64,000 nt of DNA from Macrotis lagotis (lineage: Eukaryota): the NCBI RefSeq assembly GCF_037893015.1, contig NC_133658.1, positions 742,210,877-742,274,876 of the forward strand, given 5' to 3'. Under the pieces are notes generated by a model. That model was not told the DNA's origin. It saw only the letters and a list, made by a program, of their open reading frames with translations, and did not search any database. Both the position numbers and the translations under genes were made by a program. This document shows, piece after piece, positions 48,343 to 60,965 of the stretch (its first letter is position 1; every line of letters starts with the position of its first letter).

Positions 48343-48467
48343 TTTTTTTTTTTAGTTTTTGCAAGGCAAATGGGGTTAAGTAGGTAATTATTAAGTGTCT
48401 GAGGTCAGATTTGAACCCAAGTACTCCTGACTCCAAGGCTGACGCTCTAGCCACTGTTGCCCCAATC
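48343..48467 (-). mobile_element. marsupial tRNA-derived SINE with internal deletion and TSD ATCTTGGAACTTTT
   Basis: ..gcaaggcaaatggggttaagtaggtaattattaagtgtctgaggtcagatttgaaccc.. lacks the ..gacttgcccaaggccacacagc.. segment; flanks repeated. Confidence 0.85.
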
Positions 48468-48841
48468 TTGGAACTTTTGAATCAATAGAACAACAACATT
48501 ATAAAGAGAAAGAATCCAAAAATTTAGAATTCTGAGCAATTCAATGACCAACTATGATTCCTAAGGCCTGATGAAGCATGGCACCTTCCTTCTATAATAG
48601 AGGCAATGAACTCAAGATAGACAATAACACATAAAATTTCTGGATGTGAACAATTTGGGGATTTGTTTTCCTTAACTATGCACATTTGGTGGGGTCTTCC
48701 CTACTCCCAGTGGAGAAGTGAAAAGCAAAAAGAAAAAAGTTTTTAAACAAAAAAAAACCAAAAGCAAAAAAAAAGAATTGAAGGCAAAGATTGGTTTTAT
48801 TTTGTTTTTGTTTTTTACTTTTTATCCCTATCATGTCTTTA

Positions 48842-48994
48842 TTTTTTTTAATTTTATTTAAGGCATTGGGGTTAAGAGTGACTTGCCCAAGGGTCACACA
48901 GCTAGGCAATTATTAAGCATCTGAGGCTACATTTGAACTCAGGTCCTGACTCCAGGACCAGTGCCCTATTCACTGCACCACCTAGCTGCTCCCC
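48842..48994 (-). mobile_element. marsupial tRNA-derived SINE
   Basis: ..aaggcattggggttaagagtgacttgcccaagggtcacacagctaggcaattattaagcatctgaggctacatttgaactcagg.. Confidence 0.8.
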
Positions 48995-50320
48995 TATCAC
49001 TTTCCACAATACTTGGCACATAATGAATGTTAAATAAATACTTGTTAGTGGATTGATGAATATAGTGGAATATTACCAAACTATAAGAAATAATGAAGAA
49101 GGATTTCAGAGAAAACCTGGGAAAATGCCCAAACTGAGGCAGAGGGAAGCAAACACAATGACCACAAAAATATAAATAAAAATATAAATAAAAAGAAGCC
49201 AAGTGTTGTATAACTGCAACATTCTTTCTTGGACTACAAGAAGAGTTGCAGAAATATGACTAATTTCTATGGAGAAAAGTGAGGTTGTAGATGGGAAATG
49301 TGGTATCTGTTGCCACACAATGCTGCTTTGCCAAGTGGTTTTACTCAATTACTTTTCTTTGTTACAAGAAAAGGCTCATTGGGTAGTTATCTCCAAAAAT
49401 GGGTACCATATGAAAAAAAAAGTTACCAAGAAAATTTTTAAAAATTAATAAAGCAACGGAGTTGAGATTAGATCGTCGGTAAGTACCCTTTCCCCCCCAA
49501 AAACCTCATCAATTATTCAAGTAATATGACAGGAGTTTCTTGTTAATATGAAGAACAAGAGATAATTGTTTAATATATTAAGTGACAAAAAAAATCTTCA
49601 ACATCAAGAGTTCCCCACAATCTTACTGAACCAGAACCAGAAAGGACTTTAGAAAAGAAAACACTGAGTCAGAGGAATCACAGAATTTAGAATTGGAAAG
49701 AATCTTATTGATCACCTCATATTTTACAGCTTAGGGAAAAAAAGTCTTAAAAGCTATTCCTCTTATGTTACAAATAATGGAATTGGATTCAATATATCTG
49801 AAAATATATTTATTAAATGTCTACTATATGGAAAATTATAAAAGGTAATGGAGATACAAAGATAAAAATAAAACAGTTCTTGCTTTCAAGGAGTTGATAG
49901 TTCACTGATATCCTGGGAGCAAAATGATACCAGAGATACATATCCACTAGCAGAGACAGGATCTGAATCCAGAATTAGAATGTGCTCTGTCCCAATAATT
50001 AAATGCGTATCTTTATACAAAGATGAATTCAGAATGGGAAGGAACCTTGAAAACCATCCAATTCAAAGCCCTCATTTTAGAGTTGAATGACTTTGTCCCT
50101 GGTCATTTGCTGCTGTTTGTCTTTCTTAAAAGAGGACCATTATGTCTGGAAGGTAACTTGCAAACAAATTAGATTGTGCAAAATCATCAACCTCATTTTC
50201 TTTGGGTCCAGTAGCCAAATATGGTTCAGGATGACAGGATATATTCATGGGTGATTTTGATCTTTTTTTTACTGAGACAAGGCCCATTCAGTGATTAGCC
50301 TAAGTAACAAATGAGGCAGG

Positions 50321-50620
50321 AACAGCTAGATGGTGGAGTGGATAGCACCAGCCCTGATCAGCAGGATCTGAGTTCAAATTTGACTTCAGACACTTGATAC
50401 TTATTAACTGTGTGACTTAAACCCTGACTCCCTCACGTCCAAGGTCTTCTCCAATGGTCCTGATCCAAATGCTGTTTAGTGGACCCAGATGGCTCTGGAG
50501 GAGAAAGTGAGGCTGGTGACTTAGCACAGTACTCCCTCACTCAAATCCAATTCATATGTATATCATGGCACCACCTCCCCAATGTCATGGTCTTTGAAAA
50601 TGAAGGACTAACAACCAAAA
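50321..50620 (+). mobile_element. second marsupial SINE family copy
   Basis: ggaacagctagatggtggagtggatagcaccagccctgatcagcagg... + ..aattcatatgtatatcatggcaccacctccccaatgtcatggtctttgaaaatgaaggac. Confidence 0.65.
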
Positions 50621-50720
50621 CAAGAAATGAGGCAAAGAATGGTCCTTTTTAATCTAATCAAAAAAAAAATCAATCTGGAGAAGACCCTCAGGACTTCTAA
50701 CCAAAGCAGAAACAACTGCT

Positions 50721-50726
<6 letters not shown>

Positions 50727-50779
<53 letters not shown>

Positions 50780-50808
50780 CAGACAGAGAGAGAGATACAG
50801 AAAGGGAG
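50727..50808. repeat. (TG)n microsatellite followed by gacagacagagagagagatacagaaagggag motif
   Basis: direct read; same tail motif as at 45718..45745. Confidence 0.9.
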
Positions 50809-51277
50809 CTGATCAGGGCTCAAACAAAGATAAGTGGAGCTTGGACTAGGACCTATTGTTGGTCAAGCATAGAGAGCCAGAGCCATTCTATTCATTAAAT
50901 GAATTAATTCATTAAGTTCATTAATGAACAGAAGAGCTGAGAGATGAATCCAAGTCTTATGACTTCAATTACTATCATACTCCATACCTAAATTTTCACC
51001 CTCTTTCTTAAATGGTCAGTATTAAGGTCAAAAGAACTAACATATAATTAGATTATATATAATTACTCTAATTGTGTTGAGAAATCACTACTATTCCTTT
51101 TTTTATAGGTTTAACATAGAAGAATGTCACAGATATGGCATATTTGATTTTTTAAAAATCATTTGTTAAAATGTAAAGATTAACAAACTGTCTTTTGTGG
51201 GGGGTAGGGGAAGGGAAGCAAGATTAGGGGGAAAAATCACTTGTTAAGAAAATTAAATATTTTTCCAATTAAAAAAT

Positions 51278-51432
51278 ATATTTTTCGGGGTTTTTTGCAA
51301 GGCAAATGGGGTTAAGGGGCTTGCCCCAGGCCACACAGCTAGGTAATTATTAAGTGTCTGAGACGGGATTTGAATGCAAGTACTTCTGATTCCAGGGCCA
51401 GTGCTCTATCCAGTGTGCCACCTAACTGCCTC
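51278..51432 (-). mobile_element. marsupial tRNA-derived SINE
   Basis: ..gcaaggcaaatggggttaaggggcttgccccaggccacacagctaggtaattattaagtgtctgagacgggatttgaatgc.. Confidence 0.85.
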
Positions 51433-52447
51433 CAAAATATTTTTAAAAAATAAAAATCACTTGGCAAAAATATCCAGTGTTATCTATGTGGATTAGATGG
51501 TGAAACAGGGGCTAAGTTATATTACAGTTAAATATATTTACAGAATTAAATTGATACACCAGAAGAACATTAATTCAAAAATCATTGTCAGCCTAGATAA
51601 AGGCCTGCAGGGAGAAACCACAAAATTGTGTGCTTTTTTTTTCAGTCTACAATTTAGCTTCATTTTTTGTTGACATGTACACCAAACTAAATTGCTCTAA
51701 TTAAGAAATTGTCTAATGTTTGCAGTAGCAGGAAATATAAACCCTTCAGTACTTTCATTGATAGACTTCCTTTTGCCAAGAGGAGTGAAACAAAATGAAC
51801 CAAAGGATGTTTCCGGAAAGGATTAAGAAATCTGCTTAATCACAGGAAAGCTATGACTCAGTTCTTAGGTGTGTATAACTTCCAATATCCTAGGAGTTTT
51901 AATAATAAATGCAAAATATATTTTTTCCATTATTAGTCTGCTTTAAGGAGTCATTATTCCTTTTTGGCACAAGTCAGTATTGGGCATTAATTTGAGAAGT
52001 AAGGATGGCTATATAGATGGTTTGATGACTCCATTCAGTGTGATGTTTATCGCAATAAGGACTGTGTAAATTGTCATGTGCCAATAAAATGCCATAAGTG
52101 GTAAAAAGCTCAATGATTGGCCCAGATTTCTGTATGACTTGTCAATCACAAACAGCACATGCTTACCGATTTTGCAAATATATAAAATATAAAAATATAG
52201 CTCACACAATAGCTGACAGAAAAAAAGATTCAAAATTATCTCAACAGGTTAGAAAAGAAAGAAGAAACTTGCCACAAATAGGAATATTGTAACAAGATTA
52301 ATGGAGGCCAATAACCCAATATTTTAAATAGACCATTTTTCTTTTGGCAGTTTTAGAGCTTGCTGGAAGGGAAATTTTGTTATCCTCCATGACAAGAGTC
52401 AACCTTAAGGATCACAGGAGAAGAGGCAAAATATTGCTATTTCCAGA

Positions 52448-52450
<3 letters not shown>

Positions 52451-52518
<68 letters not shown>

Positions 52519-52524
52519 GACAGA
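52451..52524. repeat. compound (GA)n(GACA)n microsatellite
   Basis: (ga)~16 then (gaca)~10, direct read. Confidence 0.95.
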
Positions 52525-53059
52525 GAAAATCAAGCAATTTATTTAAAAAAATCAGAAACAAAAAATAATAAAGATTTGCTTTGTTTGAAAGGTATAGATT
52601 AAATATTTATTATATAAAATGACTTCTAGGAAGAAGAGGGACACTAGGAGAAATACTGGTGATATAAAAAAACAAAAAATATCAAAATTTATTTTAAAAA
52701 AGTAAATTAAAAAAATACTAAAATTTTTTCTCTTGAAATACCCTGAAATTGAATTATTTTTATTCAAATGTATTTATATTGATTTTGATGTTCATGGAAA
52801 TTTCTAGACCTTTTTCATTTTCTTTTTTAATTTAATTTTATTTATTTTGAGTTTTACAATTTTTCTCCTAATCTTCCTTCCCCCCCCTGAAAAACTAAAA
52901 ATTTTGAAAAATTAAAATAAATTTTAAAAAAGAAAGTTGCAGTTTGGATAAAAGGTTAAGTGCAATAACACTGGATATCAAGGATGGGAACCAATATCTT
53001 GAAATGGAAATATGGTGGACAATATTTGAGTGAAGATCAATGGAAAGAGAAACTAGAAG

Positions 53060-53285
53060 TATTGTAGTTGGGATAGAGCACCAGCTCTGAAGTCAGGATG
53101 ACTTGAATTGCAAAGAAACTTATTAGTTATGTGATCCTAGGCAAGTCACTTAACTGTTTGCCTCAGTTTCCTCATCTGTAAAATGAGCTGCAGAAGGAAA
53201 TGGTAAACTACCTCAGGATCTCTGCCAAGAAAACCCAAATGGAGTCAAGAAGAATTGGACATGACAAAAATGACTGAACAATAAA
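53060..53285 (+). mobile_element. Mar1/MIR-type marsupial SINE
   Basis: ..gcctcagtttcctcatctgtaaaatgagctgcagaaggaaatggtaaactacctcaggatctctgccaagaaaacccaaatggagtcaagaagaattggacatgac.. Confidence 0.85.
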
Positions 53286-53930
53286 AACTACTATTGTGGG
53301 CTAAGTACTACAAAATTAATTGCTTTTTTACACTCTTCCAATTCTTTAAAGATAGTTGTTGAAGACAAAGATCACATATTTGTGAGAGTTTTCTTTGCTC
53401 TAGGTTAAACAATCCTTTGCTGAATCATCATATAGAATTATTTCAAGTTCCTTCACCATTCTGATTGTTTCAGGTTCATCCATGTCTAACTAGTGCCAGA
53501 ACTGGTGATGACGTTCTCAGTGTCATTTGATCAGGGCAGTGTCTAGTCACATCATCACTTCCCTTGCTCTCAGCAGGGATCTTCTACTAATGCAGCAGGT
53601 CACATTAGCTTTTCTGGCAGCCACTTCACACTAATGTTTCATTTTGAGCTCGTAGCCCACAAAAATCCTTATGTCTTTTTCATATGAACTACTATGTAGT
53701 CATGTCTTTTCATCCTTTGTACAAAGTCTAAGTATAGACCTTTGCATTGATCTTTCTTCAATTTCATCTTCTAAGCTTTTAATTCTGCTCATCACCATTC
53801 TAATCTGCTGAGTTTTTTTAGCCCTTGTATCATTTATCCCTCACAGCTTCATTTTATATTAAAATTTGAAAAACATGCAATTTGTGCCTTCATCCTTTTT
53901 AATTAAATCACTGATAAAAATTATTTTAGG

Positions 53931-54083
53931 GGCGGCTAGATGGTGCAGTGGATAAAGCACCGGCCCTAGAGTCAGGAGTACCTGGGTTCAAATCTGGTTG
54001 CAGACACTTAATAATTACCTAGCTGTGTGGTCTTGGGCAAGCCACTAAACCCCATTTGCCTTGCAAAAAAATACCTAAAAAAA
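53931..54083 (+). mobile_element. marsupial tRNA-derived SINE with TSD AAAATTGTTTTA (approx)
   Basis: ggggcggctagatggtgcagtggataaagcaccggccctagagtcagg... Confidence 0.88.
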
Positions 54084-54381
54084 ATTGTTTTAATTGAATT
54101 AGACTGTTACTACAGTAAAAATTTTCTTTTCTTTCAGGTAGATATCAATATATTAGTTAATATTCTTTAAACTATTATATAAAACCAAATAATACTTACC
54201 CCAAATGTTATTTAGCTAGCACAAGATTGCCAATTTTTGTATTTGATGGCGCCATAAATAGTGTCAAGTGACAATGAATTCAAATGAAATTGAAATGAAT
54301 CTGGTCATTTTTTTCTTTCAAAATATTCTTGAAACAGTTGTATTAGTTAATAACCTTTTTTTTTAATGAAAAGGGAATTAC

Positions 54382-54519
54382 CTCACTTTTCTTGTTTGGG
54401 TGCTTTTCAACCCACATTCTTGGAAGATAAGCCTCTCCTATATGGATCTGGAGAGAGAAGCCTCTGTTGTCTAAAGAACTGTCATCCAAAGTGCTGATTA
54501 CAGCTTTGCAGTCTGTTTT
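54382..54519 (-). CDS. PARP4: PARP4 exon (46 codons), VIT-vWA linker
   Basis: acceptor ttttgctatatag|AAAACA, donor AGTGAG|gtaatt, phase 0-0; KTDCKAVISTLDDSSLDNRGFSLQIHIGEAYLPRMWVEKHPNKKSE vs human RTDCKAVISTMEGSSLDSSGFSLHIGLSAAYLPRMWVEKHPEKESE. Confidence 0.92.
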
Positions 54520-55184
54520 CTATATAGCAAAATAAAAATAACATTTGATTTAACTCAATATTGTCAATTTTTGCCAACATCATTTCTAAAGCAAGGTTTA
54601 AAAGAAAGATAAAAATAAGTTCTCAAGTTATAGGTTTCCGATCTCTTGAAAGATAGGAATTCTTAGGGCAAGACTAATTTTATTAACATTCATGAATATC
54701 ATGAAATCAAAATTTGTAACAATTTTCAAAGCCAAACCAAAGTAGAAAACAACACTTCAAATTAAGTTATTGTTTGAAGTAGACTGTCCTCTAACATGTT
54801 TTTCCTTGAATTAGCTAGTCTGGTTCAGAATACACTGATAGTTACATTTTTAAAATTCTTATAAATCTTACAAATTTAAAATTTTATAAATGAGTCTTAT
54901 TGATGGCAAAATCACTAACAGACATTTCTACAAATATGAAATGACTTTTAAATATAGATAATAAATGTTTAACATGATTGTATATGAAAAACATACATCA
55001 TATTGTTTGCTATCTTGAGGAGGGGAGAAAGGAAGGGAGAGAGGAAAAAGTTGGAACTCAAAATCTTACAAAAACGAATGTAGAAAGTGATCTTTACATG
55101 TAACTGGAAAAAACAAACTATTAAATGTAAAAATTTTAAATTAAAAAATAAAAATATAGAAAATAAACTTTTAAAAAGACATAC

Positions 55185-55262
55185 CTTAATTTTGAGTTTA
55201 TGCGTATCACTGGTAATAAACTCAATTATATGTGGCATCTCAATTGATATATTTAAAGAAAA
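55185..55262 (-). CDS. PARP4: PARP4 exon, VIT-vWA linker; 3' end firm, 5' boundary uncertain (could extend to about 55290)
   Basis: donor ATTAAG|gtatgtc; ..FSLNISIEMPHIIEFITSDTHKLKIK vs human ..SFSLTMSIEMPYVIEFIFSDTHELKQK; the upstream human residues DTVEKICIKEIGTKQ are not found in frame (stop about 25 codons upstream). Confidence 0.7.
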
Positions 55263-55687
55263 TCTATCAAATATGAAAAAAAGAATCTCAATTTAATATT
55301 CAGACATTAATTTCCTTTATATACTCTTCATATAAAACAAAATAACCTTTAAGTTGTCCCTCAGATTTGATATACTAACTACTAATGCTCTTCAAATTTA
55401 CCTAGCATTAATTTTGAATAAATTTATATGTGAAGTTGTCTTAGTGTAAGCTCCTTAAGGGGGAAGGACAATTTCCTTTTGATCTTAGTATCCCCAAAAG
55501 GCAGTACTTAGCCCCTACTAGTTGTTTAATAAATGCTTGTGACCTGAACATCCAATTTGAATGTACAATCTCCTAAACCATTACAAAAATCTTCATTACT
55601 CCTCAGAAGGCTCATCAGCTAAGTCGCCATCTCCTTTGCAGAATTCCCTCTATCTGAATGTATTCTCTCCTTTTCTTTTCCTTTTTT

Positions 55688-55834
55688 TTTAAAATTTTTC
55701 AAGGCAATGGGGTTAAGTGGCTTGCCCAAGGTCACACAGCTAGGTAATTATTAAGTGTCTGAGGTCGGATTTGAACCCAGGTACTCCTGACTCCAAGGCT
55801 GGTGCTCTATTCACTGTGCCACCTAGCCGCCCCC
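55688..55834 (-). mobile_element. marsupial tRNA-derived SINE with TSD ATGTATTCTCTC
   Basis: ..caaggcaatggggttaagtggcttgcccaaggtcacacagctaggtaattattaagtgtctgaggtcggatttgaaccc.. Confidence 0.88.
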
Positions 55835-56796
55835 CATGTATTCTCTCTTAAAGTTTTGCTAGGACAACTCTGGAGTTTTTCTTTGCTCCTATAACACGCT
55901 GCCTTGTATTAAATATTTATGTGTCTACCCTGAATTTCAAATGGAACTTTAAAATGTGAAACCCTTGCCCATGAAAGTCAGACTGAAATATGAAGTTTTA
56001 TTTCTATTTTAGGTACTTACTGTTGTTGCATTCCTACTTCCTTAACACAAACTTTCTGCACTGTATCCTGCCAAAAATAAGAATATTATCATGTATTTCA
56101 GGGTGGATCTAATATAACTACTGAAATATAAAGGAAATGTGAGGCCACTGAATATACTCACAACAAGTAAATTTCTGGCAACATAAATAATGCTGTTAGT
56201 TTTCAACTATACCCAAATGCAAACATTTCCATGGTATGCAAATGTCATGTATTTTTACTTTGTGCAATAAGAGTCACTTTCAATTCAATTAATCTTTGAG
56301 TCTTATATTCAGAAAAGTTAATGAAATACAACTAATGGCCAGTGTTTAATGGAGAGATTATCTTGTGCTAAACACTTAATAATTATCTCATTTGATCCTC
56401 ACAACTTCTTTGGGAGTTAGGTGCTTTAATTATCTCCATTCTACAGACAAAGAAAATTATGTGAATAGGCTAAGTGACTGGAAGAGTATCATATAACTAC
56501 TAAGTATCTCTGAACAGATTTAGAATGAGGTCTTTCTGACTCCTAACTCTATCTGATACTCTCTCTGCTGGGTCATTCTAGCAACCTCTAATATCTACGG
56601 ATAATCAAAAGAGGACAGCTGAAAACAATTTTTCCCCATTTTTTCCATTAGCATATATACTAAATACTGTTATCTTTAGGAAACATTATCTATTTATTCC
56701 AAGGACATCAGATGACTTTTCATTTAAATTAATTAATTTAATTTAAAACGATAACTCTAAAAATATCAATTAAAATGTAATATTAAATACACAAAC

Positions 56797-56961
56797 CTGC
56801 AAGTTTTCATTTAAAGCTTTGTCTTGTTGCCATGGTGCAACAGTAGCAGGCATGAAGAAGTTGGCACATCCACGATAAAAACTGAGCTCAGTGATATAGG
56901 TAATTTTGATAAGAACTTTGGCTTGTGGTGGTAAGTTTCCAATGCTCACAGTAAAGACATC
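56797..56961 (-). CDS. PARP4: PARP4 exon (55 codons), C-terminal half of VIT domain
   Basis: acceptor ttcccatttcag|GATGTC, donor TTGCAG|gtttgt, phase 0-0; DVFTVSIGNLPPQAKVLIKITYITELSFYRGCANFFMPATVAPWQQDKALNENLQ vs human DVFTVSVGNLPPKAKVLIKITYITELSILGTVGVFFMPATVAPWQQDKALNENLQ. Confidence 0.93.
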
Positions 56962-58711
56962 CTGAAATGGGAACAGCATTCACTTTACACATATAAAACC
57001 TATCTAGTCCAAGTTCATCATTTAATGTTCTACATTAATAACTAATCCAAATAAAGACATTATGCTTAGCTTCTGGAAAACTTCTAGGAAAATGGGGATT
57101 GTTTTTAAGCTTATTTTGAAGATTCACAATTTTGCTTAGGTTGGCACTCCTTTCATGAATTCAAACTTTGATATTTCTATGGCTTAGTAGATGAATTACT
57201 ATAGCCAAAAAAAATTCATCACTTGCCAATGTAGTGTTAAGCCTTTCTGCATGAAGTCTTTCTAGCTTGGTAGGACTTGCCAAAATTTCTATTCTAGTAA
57301 TATGACTGTCTTAATCCTTATAATTTTTTAGCCTCAATCAAGACCTTGTCCTGAATCTTGGTGAACTCACTTACTGTATTTTCTTTTTAAATGAAGAAAA
57401 GGACCTATTAATCCAAACTGGACAGTTTGAATCTTGCCTAATATTCTTCACATCCAAAGTTTCCAACCAGTTGAACAATGTTTATTCTATCTGAGAAGCT
57501 GATGAAAATATATTCCCACTACCACAAAACACAGATTAAAGGAAGATTATCCTTTATCTTTAGGTATAATTCACCTCTCCAAAATTCTGGTGCAGTTGAG
57601 GAGTCTGCTCCTCAAGTCAAAAATTCACTGAATTTCATCCTTTTAGCCATAGACTATAATTATTTTGTGTTTCTAGTGACCATGTCTTTTGTGTACTCCT
57701 CTTTTAAAAGTATGAACTTTTTATGAACAAGACCAAAAATTTCACCCCCATTAAAGAACTGGATTTATTGCCCTGTTGAGCTAAGACCAACATACACTGT
57801 CAATGTTGATGGAGTAATGCAATCTCAATTTCCAAAGAAAAGGTGGGTTTTGTATTTTGCCTCTATAAGTGTTTTGATCACACATCTGAGAATGATTAAA
57901 TATCCCAGAATGTAGCAATTTGGAAAAGAAAATATAAAGATTCTCATCTTCTAACTATTTTGTCTGGCTTATCATCATCTGTTTACTAGATACTTTTAGT
58001 CCAGATCAGTGACCTCTTTGGACAATTTAGACAAACTCTCTTAATAGAACCAGATAGGAAACTCATATGTCAACTACTGTCTTCATGGCTCACCTAAGGG
58101 CACTAAGAGGTGAAGTCACTTTTCCACGAGCTCTCAGAAGTAGTATGTGCCAGAAGCAGCCCTTGAACTCAGGTCTTCCTAACTACAAGGCCAGCTCTCT
58201 TTCCACTTTTCACTACCTTTCAGAAACTTGATTATTAGAAAATTACTTCTTCCATACTCAGATTTCCTGTTTGTTTTTCACCCATTCTTCTTACCATAAA
58301 GTAACATTAATAGACATAAGGGAGGAGTAGCATTCATTCTAATTTCAATTAACACTAGAATTGTAATCATAAAGTTGCATGGTCCTTTAACAAAAACATA
58401 TTTCTTTTAGTTTTAGCTTTCCAATAATACCATTTTGCTACTATCTTAATATAACTCTTAATAACAAAAGAAATTCATTATTTTCAGAGACTACATTAGG
58501 CAACCAGCACAAATCCGCAGAAGACATACCAAAGAACACTAGACATGCAAAACTCTTAGGCAAGGTTTCTCTCTGATAATACAAAACAGAGGGTTTTGTT
58601 CAAATATTCTAAATTTTTACTTCATAATAGTATTATATTTTTAATGAATTTAAAACTTTTTTCCATTTCTGATTAATATAGTAGAGAAACAAATTAATAG
58701 CAATGTCATAC

Positions 58712-58798
58712 AGGACTATCCTGATCCATCAAGTAGGCTCCATGGCCTTGACTAATAGCTTCTCTGTACTCCTGATGGGCTTCTTCCTTTTCCTTGAC
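58712..58798 (-). CDS. PARP4: PARP4 exon (29 codons), VIT domain
   Basis: acceptor gctcttttccag|GTCAAG, donor AGTCCT|gtatga, phase 0-0; VKEKEEAHQEYREAISQGHGAYLMDQDSP vs human IKEKEEAQQEYLEAVTQGHGAYLMSQDAP. Confidence 0.92.
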
Positions 58799-59069
58799 CT
58801 GGAAAAGAGCATTTTAAAATGTTATGCGATATGTGGTGACTTCATTATTTCATGCAGGAGAGCTAATAATTCAAACTCAAATCCTAGGAATGATCATTTC
58901 AGAAATAAAAAAAGAATCTGGAAAATTTTTTTTTAAAGAAACTGAAATAAATGTAAATTTGAAAAGTAGCCAATATGTGTAAAATCACTATTCAGAAACC
59001 CATTACACCAGATAAATAAAAAAGGGTGTATCTGCAGAGGAAGCAGAAAAAATAAGTATACAATGATAT

Positions 59070-59201
59070 TATTCTTTACCTCTCCTATTATATGCTTGCC
59101 ATTGATGAAAGCTTCAAATCCACACACAGCAGCTTTGTCATCCAAGGGAAAGACATATTTTGTTTCAATAGGCATATGACTTATATTGGTATAAGTTTGA
59201 A
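59070..59201 (-). CDS. PARP4: PARP4 exon (44 codons), N-terminal part of VIT domain
   Basis: acceptor tctatttccag|ATCATT, donor GGAGAG|gtaaag, phase 0-0; IIVFQTYTNISHMPIETKYVFPLDDKAAVCGFEAFINGKHIIGE vs human VIVFQTYTNKSHVPIEAKYIFPLDDKAAVCGFEAFINGKHIVGE. Confidence 0.93.
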
Positions 59202-59509
59202 AAACAATGATCTGGAAATAGAACAAGTTCCACTTTGTTAATAAAATGCTTTTGAAAAATATTTTTCTAAGAAGTGGCCAACACAAACTGCATATTTTGG
59301 GTTTAAACTGTGCAGGTCTTAAGTTCTGATATGTGCCTTAGTTTTCTCATGAGCCCTATAAACTGAGGGCATACACATCTGTAATGCAGAACCTGAACCA
59401 GTCACATGTAAAAGTGTAGTCTGCTCTAACTAAGCATGCTAACTAACAAGATCTTATCTCCACAGAGCTAATACAGTGATAATAGCATAATTTTGATAGA
59501 ACATTATTT

Positions 59510-59664
59510 CATTTTTTTTAGGTTTTTGCAAGGCAAATGGGGTTAAGTGGCTTGCCCAAGGCCACACAGCTAGGTAATTATTAAGTGTCTGAGACCGGAT
59601 TTGAACCCAGGTACTCCTGACTCCAAGGCCGGTGCTTTATCCACTACGCCACCTAGCCGCCCCT
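59510..59664 (-). mobile_element. marsupial tRNA-derived SINE with TSD ATTATTTCATTTTTT
   Basis: polyT + gcaaggcaaatggggttaagtggcttgcccaaggccacacagctaggtaattattaagtgtctgagaccggatttgaaccc... Confidence 0.9.
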
Positions 59665-59882
59665 ATTATTTCATTTTTTAAAAAAGTATGACTTTGTGGG
59701 GGAAAGTATTGTATATAAATGAGATCTTTAAAAATGAGTTGAACTCTGATTAATGTAAAACCAACAATGATCTAGAGAACAGATTTATATGTGTAAGTAT
59801 GTATATATGAATATATATTTCAAAAACATATATTGTCAAATATAATTTTTGAGTTTGGATCTCCTTATCTTGCTTGCTTGAT

Positions 59883-60024
59883 TTTTAGTTTTTACATGGC
59901 AATGGGGTTAAGTGACTTGCCCAGGGTCACACAGCTAGGTAATCTGTCTGAGGCCACTTTTAAACTCAAGTCCTCCTGACTCCAGAGCCAGTGCTTTATC
60001 CACTGCGTAACCTAGCTGCCCCAA
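59883..60024 (-). mobile_element. marsupial tRNA-derived SINE (diverged)
   Basis: ..catggcaatggggttaagtgacttgcccagggtcacacagctaggtaatctgtctgaggccacttttaaactcaag.. Confidence 0.8.
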
Positions 60025-60537
60025 AATCTCCCTATTTTGCCCAGGCTGCAAGTGTGTAGCCTCTGATCATCCTGACCCCATTATTGACCAACAGCAAAGT
60101 TCTGTTCTGCTCTCTTTTGAACTAGAACCAGTTCCACCCTCTTATAGCAGGTTGGTATTCTATCATCACCATATTGGTGACTGGATTTAGTTTAACTTTA
60201 ACTCTACTGCAGCTAAGATTCAGGCTCCTCAGCAGCAGGGATTATAAGTGTACATAGAAGTCTGTACCACCATGCTCAGTTAATTGATTTTCTTTGTTGA
60301 GAGAAGGGATTTAGAAATGACAGTGAAGACTAAAGGAATTAAGAAAACTTTTTTTTTTTTTAAGAAAAAGACTACCATGATTCTAAGTCTACCTCTGTTA
60401 CTTGCTACAACTGATTGAACTAAGTCAATTCAAAAATCTGAGGATCAGTTTTCTCATTTATAAAATAATATGTTTGGTCTAGATAGATGAGATTTAAGAT
60501 TCTGTCTAACTAAAAATATACCATCTTCTATATACTT

Positions 60538-60538
<1 letters not shown>

Positions 60539-60588
<50 letters not shown>
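60539..60588. repeat. (TA)n microsatellite
   Basis: direct read. Confidence 0.95.
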
Positions 60589-60590
<2 letters not shown>

Positions 60591-60674
60591 TATATTCATC
60601 CTAAATCCTATATATACTTTCATCATAGTTTGAAGGGCCTATCTACTACTAAATGAACCTATAATTGCTACCTA

Positions 60675-60823
60675 TTTCTCTTTTTTGAAAGGTAATGGGG
60701 CTAAGTGACTTGCCCAGGGTCACACAGCTAGGTAATTATTAAGTGTCTGAGGCCAAAATTCAACTCAGGTCCTCCTGACTTCAGGGCCAGTGCTCTAACC
60801 ACTGTACAACCCAGCTGCCCCAG
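60675..60823 (-). mobile_element. marsupial tRNA-derived SINE
   Basis: ..aaaggtaatggggctaagtgacttgcccagggtcacacagctaggtaattattaagtgtctgaggccaaaattcaactcagg.. Confidence 0.85.
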
Positions 60824-60849
60824 CTAACTATTTCTTGAGGCAGTTTTAA

Positions 60850-60965
60850 AACTTTAAATCATGAACTCTATTATGTAGTACAGTAAAATACCCCACTGGA
60901 ACTCTAGAAGGTAGAATTTTACGATTCCTCAGAATATAGTTTGAAAAATCCTTGCCTAAAGCATC
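60850..60965 (-). CDS. PARP4: low-confidence candidate PARP4 exon 5' of the VIT domain (linker after the catalytic domain)
   Basis: open frame ..FIISSNILVLDALGKDFSNYILRNRKILPSRVPVG with possible acceptors (gtttgtgcag| or gatgctttag|) and donor (GTGGG|gtattt); only loose resemblance to human ..YIIKFSMPGDQIKDFHPSDHTELEEYRPEFS.. Confidence 0.25.
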
